From NCBI RefSeq assembly GCF_028368995.1, contig NZ_JAQNDL010000001.1, positions 4,064,001-4,128,000 on the forward strand: 64,000 nt of DNA. The letters run 5' to 3'. The position numbers were made by a program, and so were the translations under genes. Source of the DNA: Nannocystis bainbridge. Its GTDB lineage: Bacteria; Myxococcota_A; Polyangia; Nannocystales; Nannocystaceae. Positions within the stretch are counted from its first letter, which is position 1; every line of letters begins with the position of its first letter. The notes under the pieces are model-generated. The model was not told the DNA's origin. It saw nothing but the letters and a program-made list of their open reading frames with translations, and did no database searches. Shown here piece after piece: positions 55,170 to 64,000 of this stretch.

Positions 55170-55673
55170 TCAGTCGTCCAGCGCCTCGGCCTCGTCGCCC
55201 TCGAGGTCGAGCTCGAGGTTCTCGTAAAAGTCGTCCGACACGACGAACAGCGGCCAGTCGGGCTCGATCTCGACGAAGCCGCGGCGCTCCTGGAACATCG
55301 CCACGTCGTCGAATTCTCCCTGGTACCAGCCCCACAGGAAGCGCACCCGCAGCGGGTCGAGGTTGCGGGCGCGCAGCTCGTCGACCACGTCCGCGATCTC
55401 CTGCTCGTCGAACTCGTCGATGTAGCTCTCCGCCTCGTCGATCAGCTTGCCCAGGTGGGCGATGCCCCGCTTCGTCAGCTTGTACAGCTGCGACTTGCGA
55501 TCGATCTCGATGAAGCCGTCCATCACCAGCTTCTCGAGCACCTCCTCGAGCGGAGCGTGCTGCGGCTCGAGCAGCACGGGCAGGCGGATCCCGCCTTCGC
55601 CGCCCTTGAGGTCGAGCTTCTTGAGGACGAAGATCCCGGCGTAGACGAGCTTCTTGGCGTGCGAGACGGTCAT
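55170..55673 (-). CDS. Acidic hypothetical protein with winged-helix-like segment
   Basis: LEKLVMDGFIE...YKLTKRG pattern. Confidence 0.65.
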   Translation of the reverse strand: MTVSHAKKLVYAGIFVLKKLDLKGGEGGIRLPVLLEPQHAPLEEVLEKLVMDGFIEIDRKSQLYKLTKRGIAHLGKLIDEAESYIDEFDEQEIADVVDELRARNLDPLRVRFLWGWYQGEFDDVAMFQERRGFVEIEPDWPLFVVSDDFYENLELDLEGDEAEALDD

Positions 55674-55683
55674 GGTGCTCCTG

Positions 55684-56217
55684 TCAGCAGCTGTGCCAGC
55701 GTGCGGCCTCGAGCTGGACGAATCCGTCGCCGGCGAGCGACCAGTCGGTCGCTCCGGCCCGGCGGCGCAGCCAGGCGACCACGTCGCCTGTCCCGTAGTA
55801 CATGCGCCGTCCGGCCAGGGCCGGCGGCTTGGATATCCGCGCGCGCCGCGGGTTGCACAGCGCGAGCACGATCGTCCTGGCGTCGCCGACGATCGCCGGC
55901 ACCCGCGTGGCGAGGAACTCCGACAGCAGCGCGATCGCCGAGTCGGACTCGTTCAGCGCGAACTCGAGGTTGATGTCGCTCGGCACCCCGCCGCGGCGCG
56001 GCACCGCGATCTCGTCCTCGTCCGGGCTGTGGAGCGCGAGAACCAGCGGTGCTTCGACCCACAGCGCCTGCTCCTCGCCGATCAGCTCGACCCCCGGCAG
56101 CGCGCACCAGCCGTAGCGCGTGTGTTCGTGGTCGACCGGGACGTCGCCGTCCTGGTCGAGCCCGAACAGCGCCAGCGGCGGCGTCTGCTCGAACGGCAGG
56201 TCGCGCAGCGAGGTCAT
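55684..56217 (-). CDS. Hypothetical protein
   Basis: MTSLRDLPFEQ start 2 bp after the upstream stop; operonic spacing. Confidence 0.65.
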   Translation of the reverse strand: MTSLRDLPFEQTPPLALFGLDQDGDVPVDHEHTRYGWCALPGVELIGEEQALWVEAPLVLALHSPDEDEIAVPRRGGVPSDINLEFALNESDSAIALLSEFLATRVPAIVGDARTIVLALCNPRRARISKPPALAGRRMYYGTGDVVAWLRRRAGATDWSLAGDGFVQLEAARWHSC

Positions 56218-56218
56218 G

Positions 56219-56968
56219 TCAGGCGCGCAGCAGCACGCGCGACCGCTTCGCCTTGGACCCGAACCCGCCGCCGCGTCGACCGCCACCGCCGCCGCCGCCC
56301 GAGCGACCCGAGCCGCCGGAGCCCCAGGCCCCGCCGCGGTTGCCGTACGAGCGGCCGGAGCTGGCGCCGGACTTGGGCGGAAACTTGCTCGGGTTGGCCG
56401 CGCGATGGCTGTCGCGGTGAGCCGCGAGCGCCCCGGCGCGGGCCGGGCTGGTGCTGTAGGGCGTCATGTACATGGGTCGGTAGCCCGGCATGAACATGTT
56501 GCTGAGGAACGAGCCGAGCATCATGCCCGCGGCGATGTCCCACATCGGCGAGCGGTAGTGCGAGTAGCCCCCCGCGCCGGCGATCTGGTACTGCGCCGCG
56601 CCCTCGCCGACGACGTCGCGCTTGATCGTGAAGATCTTCTCGGACTCGCCCGCGGCGCCGTCGCCGTCCTTGTCGAAGAAGCCCGTGACGACCTGGGACT
56701 TGTCGTCCTGGTCCTTCACCGAGATGCTGACGACCTCGTCGCCGGTGTAGATCTCGTTGACGCGCTTCTCGAAGTCCTCCGGCCCCTCCGCGTCACGGTA
56801 GGCCTGGTTGATCGCGTCCCAATCGATCTCGACCCGCGTGTCTTCGGTGACGACCCAGCGCTCGTTCGAGCGCTCCGACCCGCAACCGGTGACTCCGCCT
56901 AGCGCGACCGCCGCCGACAACGCGACGACGAGAGGACGGCCTGCAACCTTGGACAGTGGACTTTTCAT
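56219..56968 (-). CDS. Lipoprotein with Gly/Arg-rich tail (DUF1190-like architecture)
   Basis: VTGC lipobox; AAGMMLGS..Y.P.Y; GRSGGGGGGGRRGGGFG tail. Confidence 0.7.
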   Translation of the reverse strand: MKSPLSKVAGRPLVVALSAAVALGGVTGCGSERSNERWVVTEDTRVEIDWDAINQAYRDAEGPEDFEKRVNEIYTGDEVVSISVKDQDDKSQVVTGFFDKDGDGAAGESEKIFTIKRDVVGEGAAQYQIAGAGGYSHYRSPMWDIAAGMMLGSFLSNMFMPGYRPMYMTPYSTSPARAGALAAHRDSHRAANPSKFPPKSGASSGRSYGNRGGAWGSGGSGRSGGGGGGGRRGGGFGSKAKRSRVLLRA

Positions 56969-57067
56969 GGATTTCTTCCGCAGCGCGAAAACCTCCGCGT
57001 GCATCGCAAAAACTAATGCCCAGGGCCACCCCCGTCAAGGATCGAGGCGGCCTGCCCGCGCGTGTGC

Positions 57068-59206
57068 TCACGGACCCGCGGTCGCGTCCGCCTTGTCGCC
57101 GTCCTTTGCGGCGGCGCTCGCGGAGCCGTTGGCTCGGCCTGGCGCCTTCTTGGCCGCCTGTCCCGCCGCCGCCTCGATCGCGGCGTCTTCGCTGGGCCGC
57201 TCGCCGGCCGCGCCGCGGAACTCCTCGGGCAGCTCCGAGCCGTCGACGCGCTCGAGCAGGATCAGCCCCATCGTGTCTTCGAGCGTGCGGAACTTGTTGC
57301 GCTCGACCAGGCGCTTGTAGCGGCGCTCGTCGTCCTTGCTGAAGCTGTAGACGTCGGTAAACAGGACCACGTATTGCGCGTCGGCAATCATCGGCCAGTG
57401 GTACGCGTGGCGGCGGTTCGAGAAGTGCGGGCCGATCTCGTGGCTGACCGACACCTTCGAGTCCGGCCCGATGCGCGCCACGATCTCCTGCACCTTCGCG
57501 TAGCGGTCCTTCATCGCCTGCGTCGGCCGCCGCTCGAGGCGGGTCCAGCCGGCCACGAACGACGCGTTCTCGAACAGCACCCCGCGCTTCCACGACACCA
57601 GCAGCGACCCGGTCAGCATCCCGAGCAGCAGCGTCCACGCCACGCGCGCGCGGGCCAGCCCGAGCCGGCGCAGGCGCTCGCTGTCGACCGCGCGGGCCAC
57701 CCCGTCGGGCAGCGCCGCGAACAGCATCGGGAACAGCAGCGCCGAGTATTGATAGTGGAGCGAGAACAGGTGCTTGCGGCTGGCCAGCCCGAGGAACAAG
57801 AGCCCATGGAGCATCAGCACCACCTTGCGGCCGGCGGCGAACGGCAGCGCCAGCAGCGGCAGCAGCAGGTGGAAGAAGAACAGCAGCTTCTCCTCCTTGA
57901 ACAGCACCTGCAGCGCGAACAGCGGGTTGACCAGCAGCGTGGTGAACAGCCCGCGCGCGCCCTCCTTCTCGTGCGGGATCATCTCCTCGTAGAAGTAGAT
58001 GTACGAGTACGCCTTGTCGGCCGACATCAGCAGGCTCGAGTCGGCCATCACGAACGCCTTGACGAACGCGAGGTACACTAGGCTGACGGCGATCGTCGCC
58101 AGGCCGGTGCGCGTGCGACCGATGAGGATCGCGTAGGCGCCGATGAAGCAGTTGAGCAGGCTCATGTCCTCGCGCGTCGCCAGCAGCAGCGCGAACACCA
58201 GCCAGTAGCGGCGCATCCCGCCGATGTCGAGCAGGTACACCGCCCACATCGCCAGCGGCACCATCAGCGCCACCGAGTGGAAATCGAACATGTTGACCCC
58301 GTGCAGCGCGGGGTACAGGAAGTAGACGATCGTCAAGATCGTCGCCATCCACTCGTTCTTCAGCCGGCGCCGCGCCAGTAGCCACAGCGGCAGCGCCCCG
58401 CTGGCCAGCCACAGCGTCTGGACCACCAGCAGCGTCTCGGCGTGCGGGTACAGCAGGTAGATCGGCGCGATCAGCAGCAGGATCGGGTCGAAGTGCGCCG
58501 ACATGTGATTGCCGCCGCGGATCAGCGAGCAGTCGAGGAAGTGGCCGTGCGCCGTCTGCCACACCAGGTTGTCGTAGATCCCGAGGTCGTAGACCGTCGA
58601 CGCCAGGTTGCGGTGGTCGAGCAGCGCGAACCAGCACAGCAGCGCGCAGTAGCCGACGAATCCGGCGGCGAACACCGCGCGAGCCAGGCGAGGATCGCGG
58701 GCCGGCACGAACGGGTCCTCCGGCGGCGCGAACCGCTTGAGCCCGAGCGCGCGGTAGAAGAACGTCATCGCCAGCGCGGTGACGGCCGCGATCATGAACG
58801 AGGTGAAGATCGGGTGCTTGACCTCGACGCGGGCCACGCTGATGCCGATCAGCAGCGGCCCGGCGAGCAGCGCGAAGGCCCAGCGGTTGGTCGCGGCGAA
58901 CGACGCGCCGAGCGACAGCCCGGGCTCGGTCCGCCGCCGGCGCCGCCACAGCGCCACGTACGCCGCCGTGGTCGCCACGATCGAGACCGCCACCGCCGCC
59001 AGCACCTCGAACCGCTGGTCGATCGACAGGTCATTGCGGACCACGTAGCGGAGCGCCGGGGCGCGCAGCAGCGGCCACAGCGTGAGCCCCGGTGAGATGG
59101 CGATCAGCAGGTACAGCGGACCCCAGCTCCACAGCTGCGCGACCGTCGCGTCGATGGCCCGCAGCAGGCGTCCCTTCGGCGGTTCGGTCTCCGGTGTCGT
59201 CGTCAT
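57068..59206 (-). CDS. DUF2079-like polytopic membrane protein (putative GT-C glycosyltransferase)
   Basis: YDLGIYDN, HFDPI, FDFH, REDM, HYQY motifs; many TMs. Confidence 0.75.
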   Translation of the reverse strand: MTTTPETEPPKGRLLRAIDATVAQLWSWGPLYLLIAISPGLTLWPLLRAPALRYVVRNDLSIDQRFEVLAAVAVSIVATTAAYVALWRRRRRTEPGLSLGASFAATNRWAFALLAGPLLIGISVARVEVKHPIFTSFMIAAVTALAMTFFYRALGLKRFAPPEDPFVPARDPRLARAVFAAGFVGYCALLCWFALLDHRNLASTVYDLGIYDNLVWQTAHGHFLDCSLIRGGNHMSAHFDPILLLIAPIYLLYPHAETLLVVQTLWLASGALPLWLLARRRLKNEWMATILTIVYFLYPALHGVNMFDFHSVALMVPLAMWAVYLLDIGGMRRYWLVFALLLATREDMSLLNCFIGAYAILIGRTRTGLATIAVSLVYLAFVKAFVMADSSLLMSADKAYSYIYFYEEMIPHEKEGARGLFTTLLVNPLFALQVLFKEEKLLFFFHLLLPLLALPFAAGRKVVLMLHGLLFLGLASRKHLFSLHYQYSALLFPMLFAALPDGVARAVDSERLRRLGLARARVAWTLLLGMLTGSLLVSWKRGVLFENASFVAGWTRLERRPTQAMKDRYAKVQEIVARIGPDSKVSVSHEIGPHFSNRRHAYHWPMIADAQYVVLFTDVYSFSKDDERRYKRLVERNKFRTLEDTMGLILLERVDGSELPEEFRGAAGERPSEDAAIEAAAGQAAKKAPGRANGSASAAAKDGDKADATAGP

Positions 59207-59339
59207 AAAGCCTGTCTCGCACGGCCCGCAGCGGGCCAAAGGACCGCGTTCTCGGGGGCTCGGAAAAGAGGGCGGGAGTGTACCAGCGGGCCCAGCAGCC
59301 CAGCAAGCCGCGGCCTTTTGCGGCACACTTCCACCCGTC

Positions 59340-59816
59340 GTGCTCCTGTTTCTCGTCCGTCACGCCATCGCCGCCGAAGCCACGCCCGACCGCCCTGACG
59401 CCTCACGCCCGCTCACCCCCGCGGGCGAGCGCAAGTTCGCCGCCGCGGTGAAGGGCGCGCGTCGACTCGGCTGGCGCTTCGACCGCCTTTATCACAGCCC
59501 GCTCTTGCGCGCGGTTCAGACCGCGGACCTGCTGCAGCCGCTGCTGGAGGGTCCGCGCCAGACCCTGCCGGACCTCGCGCGCCCGCCCGACATCGAGATG
59601 CTCGCGCACGTCGAGGGCGAGCGTGTCGCGCTGGTCGGTCACGAGCCGCATTTGAGCGCCCTGCTCGCCTGGCTGACCGCCGGTGAGATCGCTCGCGGCG
59701 AGCGGTTTCCGCTCAAGAAGGGCGGCGTCGCCGTCCTCTCCGGACCGCTGCGTCCGGGGTCGATGGAGCTGCAGGCGCTGGTTCTGCCGAAAATGCTGCG
59801 ATTGCTCGGCGCCTGA
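59340..59816 (+). CDS. sixA: Phosphohistidine phosphatase SixA
   Basis: LVRHA, RPLT..G, SPLLRAVQTA, VGHEP. Confidence 0.85.
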   Translation: MLLFLVRHAIAAEATPDRPDASRPLTPAGERKFAAAVKGARRLGWRFDRLYHSPLLRAVQTADLLQPLLEGPRQTLPDLARPPDIEMLAHVEGERVALVGHEPHLSALLAWLTAGEIARGERFPLKKGGVAVLSGPLRPGSMELQALVLPKMLRLLGA

Positions 59817-59838
59817 TACCCTGCTGCCCGCTGCGATC

Positions 59839-61983
59839 ATGGCGCCCGTCGAGCTCACCCATCCGAGTCTCTACATCAATCGCGAGCTCAGCCAGCTCGA
59901 GTTCCACCGCCGCGTGCTCGAGCAGGCGATGGACCCGCGCGTCCCGCTGCTCGAGCGCCTGCGCTTCACCACGATCGTCAGCACCAACCTCGACGAGTTC
60001 TTCGAGGTCCGGGTCGCCAGCATCAAGGAGCAGGTCGGCTTCGGCCTGCCGCAGGTCGGCCCCGACGGCCGGACCCCGCAGGACGCCCTGCGCGCGCTCA
60101 AGGAGCAGGCGCAGAAGCTCGTGCGCGAGCAGTACATGTTCCTGCAGCAGCAACTGCTGCCCGCGCTCGCGGCCGAGGGCATCCGCCTGCTCAAGCTCTA
60201 CACCTGGACCCCGGAGCAGAGCGCCTGGCTCGAGGACTACTTCGACCGCGAGGTCTTGCCGGTGCTCACGCCGATCGGCCTCGACCCGTCGCACCCGTTC
60301 CCCAACATCCAGAACAAGAACCTCAACCTGATCGTCGCCCTCGCCGGCAGCGACGCGTTCGGCCGCGACAGCGGCACCGCGGTGGTGCAGATCCCCCGCA
60401 GCCTGCCGCGCCTGGTGTTCCTGCCGCCCGGCGTCGCCGACTGCCCGCACGGCTACGCCCTGCTCGGCTCGATCGTCACCACCTTCGTCCACAAGCTGTT
60501 CTCCGGCATGCAGGTCCGCGGCTGCTACCAGTTCCGCGTCACCCGCGACAGCGACCTGTGGGTCCAGGAGGAGGACGTCGAGGACCTGCTCAACGCGCTC
60601 AAGGGCGAGCTGCGGACCCGCAACTTCGGCGACGCCGTGCGCCTCGAGGTCAGCGACACCTGCCCGCCCGAGATGGCGGACTTCCTGCTCAGCAAGTTCG
60701 ACCTCCAGCCCGACGACCTGTACCGCGTCGACGGCCCGGTCAACCTCCACCGCCTGGCCGCGATCTACGACGTCATCAAGCGGCCCGAGCTCAAGTACCC
60801 GCCGTTCATCCCCGGGCCGCGGCGCACGCCCGGCGCCGAGGTCGACCTGTTCGCCGAGCTGCGGCGCGGCAACATCCTGCTGCACCACCCGTACGAGAGC
60901 TTCTCGCTGGTGCTCGAGCTGGTGCGCCAGGCCGCGCGCGACCCCAAGGTGCTGGCGATCAAGCAGACGCTCTACCGCACCGGCGCCGACTCGCCGATGG
61001 CCGAGGCGCTGCTCGAGGCGGCCCGCGCCGGCAAGGAGGTCACCGCCGTGGTCGAGCTGCGGGCCCGCTTCGACGAGGCCGCCAACATCGACCTCGCCAC
61101 CCGGCTGCAGCAGGCCGGCGTCACCGTGGTCTACGGCATCGTCGGCTACAAGACCCACGCCAAGGCGTTGCTGATCGTCCGCCGCGAGGACGGCCGCTAC
61201 CGCCGCTACGTCCACCTCGGCACCGGCAACTACCACAGCGTCACCGCCCAGTTTTACACCGACTTCAGCTTCCTCACCTGCGACGACGCGATCGGCGAGG
61301 ACGTGCACAACGTGTTCATGCAGCTCACCGGCCTGGGCAGCGTGCCGCGCATGAACAAGCTGCTCGTCTCGCCGTTCACCCTGATGGACCGGCTGATCGC
61401 CCTGATCGACCGCGAGGCCGACAACGCCCGCCAGGACAAGCCCGCGCGCATCATCGCCAAGCTCAACGCGCTCACCGAGGTCAAGGTCATCGAGGCCCTC
61501 TACCGCGCCTCGCAGGCCGGCGTGTCCATCGACCTGATCGTCCGCGGCGTCTGCTGCCTGCGCCCCGGCGTGCCCGGCGTGTCCGACAACATCCGCGTGC
61601 GCTCGATCGTCGGCCGCTTCCTCGAGCACCACCGCATCTACCACTTCCACAACGCCGGCGACGAGGTCACCTACGGGGCCAGCGCCGACTGGATGTCGCG
61701 CAACCTGCTGCGCCGCGTCGAGACCGCGTTCCCGATCGAGGACCCGGCCCTGCGCGCCCGCGTCGTCACCGAGGCCCTCACGACCTACCTGGCCGACAAC
61801 ACCCAGGCGTGGGAGCTGCAGGCCGACGGCAGCTACGTCCGCTGCTGCCCCACCCCCCCGACCGAAGAGGCCCGCCCGGCCCAGGAGACCCTGCTCCGCC
61901 TGCTGTCGGCCAACCAGGGCGCCGCCCAGGCCCAGCGCCAGATCCTCGAGGACCTGATGGTCCGCCAGGAAATGCTCGAATAG
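59839..61983 (+). CDS. ppk1: Polyphosphate kinase 1
   Basis: NRELS, NLDEFFEVRV, HPFP, HHPYESF, ELRARFDE, KTHAK, GTGNY, GRFLEH. Confidence 0.96.
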   Translation: MAPVELTHPSLYINRELSQLEFHRRVLEQAMDPRVPLLERLRFTTIVSTNLDEFFEVRVASIKEQVGFGLPQVGPDGRTPQDALRALKEQAQKLVREQYMFLQQQLLPALAAEGIRLLKLYTWTPEQSAWLEDYFDREVLPVLTPIGLDPSHPFPNIQNKNLNLIVALAGSDAFGRDSGTAVVQIPRSLPRLVFLPPGVADCPHGYALLGSIVTTFVHKLFSGMQVRGCYQFRVTRDSDLWVQEEDVEDLLNALKGELRTRNFGDAVRLEVSDTCPPEMADFLLSKFDLQPDDLYRVDGPVNLHRLAAIYDVIKRPELKYPPFIPGPRRTPGAEVDLFAELRRGNILLHHPYESFSLVLELVRQAARDPKVLAIKQTLYRTGADSPMAEALLEAARAGKEVTAVVELRARFDEAANIDLATRLQQAGVTVVYGIVGYKTHAKALLIVRREDGRYRRYVHLGTGNYHSVTAQFYTDFSFLTCDDAIGEDVHNVFMQLTGLGSVPRMNKLLVSPFTLMDRLIALIDREADNARQDKPARIIAKLNALTEVKVIEALYRASQAGVSIDLIVRGVCCLRPGVPGVSDNIRVRSIVGRFLEHHRIYHFHNAGDEVTYGASADWMSRNLLRRVETAFPIEDPALRARVVTEALTTYLADNTQAWELQADGSYVRCCPTPPTEEARPAQETLLRLLSANQGAAQAQRQILEDLMVRQEMLE

Positions 61984-62033
61984 GCATGTCCCTCAGGACA
62001 TGCCCCCGGGAGCATGTCCCTTGCGACATGCCC
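61982..62033. repeat. 14-bp-phased CATG array (4 units)
   Basis: CATG at 61985, 61999, 62013, 62027, filling the gap between convergent genes. Confidence 0.88.
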
Positions 62034-62043
62034 TCGCTACACC

Positions 62044-62403
62044 CTACTCCGCCAGCGTGATGGCGTCGCGGTCGACCAGCACGTAGGTCTCGAACACCTG
62101 GCGGCTGTCCTCGAGATCAGGTTCGCGCGCCGCCTCGGGCGCCAGCCACAGCCCCGCGTTGCCGCCGTAGACCAGCCACGACACGCCGGCGCCGCTGTCT
62201 TCGACCGGGCAGGCCCAGGCCGGCGCGTCGGCGTCGAGGCTGCCGTCGGGCCGCCGCTGCAGCCCGCGCGCGCGCCGGGGCCCCGCGCCGTCGAGGTCGA
62301 CCGTGCGCACCCGCTGCAGCGGCCCCGACCGGCGGAAGGTCAGCTGGACCGGCTCGGTGAACGTCGCGTCGTCGACCTCCACGGTCAAGAAGCCGGAGCT
62401 CAT
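62044..62403 (-). CDS. Hypothetical protein
   Basis: MSSGFLTVEV start overlapping the upstream stop (ATGA). Confidence 0.6.
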   Translation of the reverse strand: MSSGFLTVEVDDATFTEPVQLTFRRSGPLQRVRTVDLDGAGPRRARGLQRRPDGSLDADAPAWACPVEDSGAGVSWLVYGGNAGLWLAPEAAREPDLEDSRQVFETYVLVDRDAITLAE

Positions 62404-62873
62404 GGGCCCGGTATCGCACGGACCCGGCCGCACGTCACCAGCAGCCGCGGCGTGTCGATCGGCGCCCACTGCTCGACCGCGAAGCACCCGCGCCCCAACC
62501 ACTCGCCCGCGCGCGCCTGCGAGGCCCGCCGGACCAGCTCGGCCCGCGCCGCCCACCGCGACGGCCGCCACAGCGGCACCACCGGCGGGTGCGCCAGCTC
62601 GACCAGCGCCCCGCCGTCCTGCACCGCCCGCAGCGCGTCCTCCGGCGGCTCGGCGCCGCCGAGCGCGACGACCACCACCAGCCCGTCGAGCCCGCTCGCC
62701 CCCGCCAGCTCGGTCCACCCCAGCCGCTGGCGCAGCGCCGTGGTGGTCGCCCGGGCCGCCCTGCCGCCGCGCCCGCGACCGGCATCCGGACCTGTCCACA
62801 AGGCCACCTTCTTGCCGCCCAGCGCAGCGAGCAACCACTCGGCCAGCCCCGGCCCGGGCAGCAGCAGGTCCAT
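62400..62873 (-). CDS. Hypothetical protein
   Basis: MDLLLPGPG start; GC-biased codons. Confidence 0.5.
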   Translation of the reverse strand: MDLLLPGPGLAEWLLAALGGKKVALWTGPDAGRGRGGRAARATTTALRQRLGWTELAGASGLDGLVVVVALGGAEPPEDALRAVQDGGALVELAHPPVVPLWRPSRWAARAELVRRASQARAGEWLGRGCFAVEQWAPIDTPRLLVTCGRVRAIPGP

Positions 62874-62994
62874 GACCCGGGCGGTGTACCACGCCGCGCG
62901 AGCGCCGGCCCACGCCGCCGCGGCTGCGTCGCTCGCAAGCACGCCCCTCGCGCGAGCGCGCCCGAGCACGGGCACGATCACCCGAATCCCTGCC

Positions 62995-63049
62995 GCCCCG
63001 AGAATCACTCCGCTGCCCCGAGAATCACTCCGCTCCGAGAATCACTGCC
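62995..63049. repeat. Short 20-bp tandem repeat
   Basis: GCCCCGAGAATCACTCCGCT x2 plus partial CCGAGAATCACT in a divergent intergenic region. Confidence 0.75.
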
Positions 63050-63129
63050 ACTCGGACAAACCTGCCCTCGCGACCTCGCATCCCCGTGACCCCGACCTCC
63101 CCTCGCGCTCCGCTGCTACAGTCCTCGCC

Positions 63130-64000
63130 GTGCTCGTCCTCGGCGATCTGCCTGGCCCTGACGCGGCGCCCAAGTCGGCCGTCCTCTCGCGCCTGCTTCA
63201 CGCCGGCCTCCCGGTCCCGCCCGGCCTCGCCGTCGCGCCCGAAGAGCTCGCCGACCCCGACATCCGCCGCCGCCTCCACGCCCTGCTGAGCGGCGGCCCC
63301 GTCATCGTGCGCGCCGCGCTCGCCAGCGAGGACACCGCCGACGCCGCCGCCGCGGGGCTCGGCCTCTCGGTGCCCGACTGCCGCGACCTGGGCGACATCG
63401 ACCGCGCCGCCGCTGCCATCGCCGACGCCGCCCACGACCCCTGGCTGCTGCGCTACAGCGGCGACGTGCCCGCTTACCAGCTGCTCGTCCAGCGCCAGGT
63501 CGAGCGCCGCTGGCTCGCCGTCGCGGCCGCCGATCGCGGCGGCGCCCGCACGCTCGAGCTGCACGACGCCACCCGCCCCGACGCCCTCGCCGCCGGCGCC
63601 AGCCCGACCTGGTCCGGCCCGCTCGCGCTCGCCGAACCCGCGCTCGCCGCTGCCATCACGAGTATCTTCGACCATGTCGCATCGGCCATGTCCGAAGTGC
63701 CAGCCCTCGACCTCGAGCTCGTCGTCGACCCGACCGGCGCCGTGTGGCTGGTCCAGGCCCGCCCGCTCGCGCGCCCGCTCGTGCCCGGGTGGCCGGAGTT
63801 CTGCGCCGCCGTCGCCCCCGACCAGGACCACATCCCCGGCCTGCCCGGCCTGTGGCGGCTGGACGGCGAGCACAACCCGGCCGCGCTCTCGCCCGCGCAC
63901 GCCGGCGTGATCGCCTGGCTCATCGGCCAGGGATCCAGCCTGCGCGTCCTCGGCGGCTGGCTTTACGAGCGCGCCGCGTCCTCCGGCCGCACCGCCGCCA
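63130..64000 (+). CDS. PEP/pyruvate-binding (PPDK/PEP synthase N-terminal-like) domain protein, partial
   Basis: Not in the ORF track; read manually: PKSAVLSRLLHAGLPVPPG, VIVRAALASED...AG, LLVQRQV, LDLELVVD..G.VWLVQARPL; runs off the window end. Confidence 0.7.
   Translation, partial: MLVLGDLPGPDAAPKSAVLSRLLHAGLPVPPGLAVAPEELADPDIRRRLHALLSGGPVIVRAALASEDTADAAAAGLGLSVPDCRDLGDIDRAAAAIADAAHDPWLLRYSGDVPAYQLLVQRQVERRWLAVAAADRGGARTLELHDATRPDALAAGASPTWSGPLALAEPALAAAITSIFDHVASAMSEVPALDLELVVDPTGAVWLVQARPLARPLVPGWPEFCAAVAPDQDHIPGLPGLWRLDGEHNPAALSPAHAGVIAWLIGQGSSLRVLGGWLYERAASSGRTAA

Noticed and set aside
61982-62033. Resemblance of the GGACATGTCC unit to the p53 half-site RRRCWWGYYY
   Set aside because: Bacterial genome with no p53-like gene seen; treated as coincidence

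Overview
High-GC myxobacterial chromosome segment. A Nannocystis-like host is inferred from the many Thr/Gly-linker lipoproteins and Cys-rich repeats. It holds about 50 CDSs: housekeeping and metabolic genes (5-oxoprolinase, lgt, pdxA, uvrA, zwf-pgl-gnd, GH63-like glucosidase, sixA-ppk1), two lipid clusters (ceramide-synthase-like GNAT + ACP + fatty acyl-AMP ligase; GlpD + DAG kinase + alkyl-DHAP-synthase-like + HTTM pair), a polyamine pair (deoxyhypusine-synthase-like + agmatine deiminase), an OLD-family ATPase/TOPRIM nuclease and many secreted Cys-rich lipoproteins. The most striking unexplained signal is at the DNA level. A 10-bp palindrome (consensus about GGACATGTCC) recurs as pairs and as arrays of up to 5 units with a 14-bp period. 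By eye it occurs at about 40 places, in intergenic gaps (longest between convergent genes) and inside coding sequences. Other oddities are an orphan Hcp/TssD with a Sec signal peptide, a 33-aa double-Gly peptide gene, an HDAC fused to an unknown C-terminal domain and a UvrA with a long Ala/Thr/Lys N-terminal extension. No rRNA, tRNA, CRISPR array or transposase was seen. All calls come from motif recognition by eye; no database searches were run.
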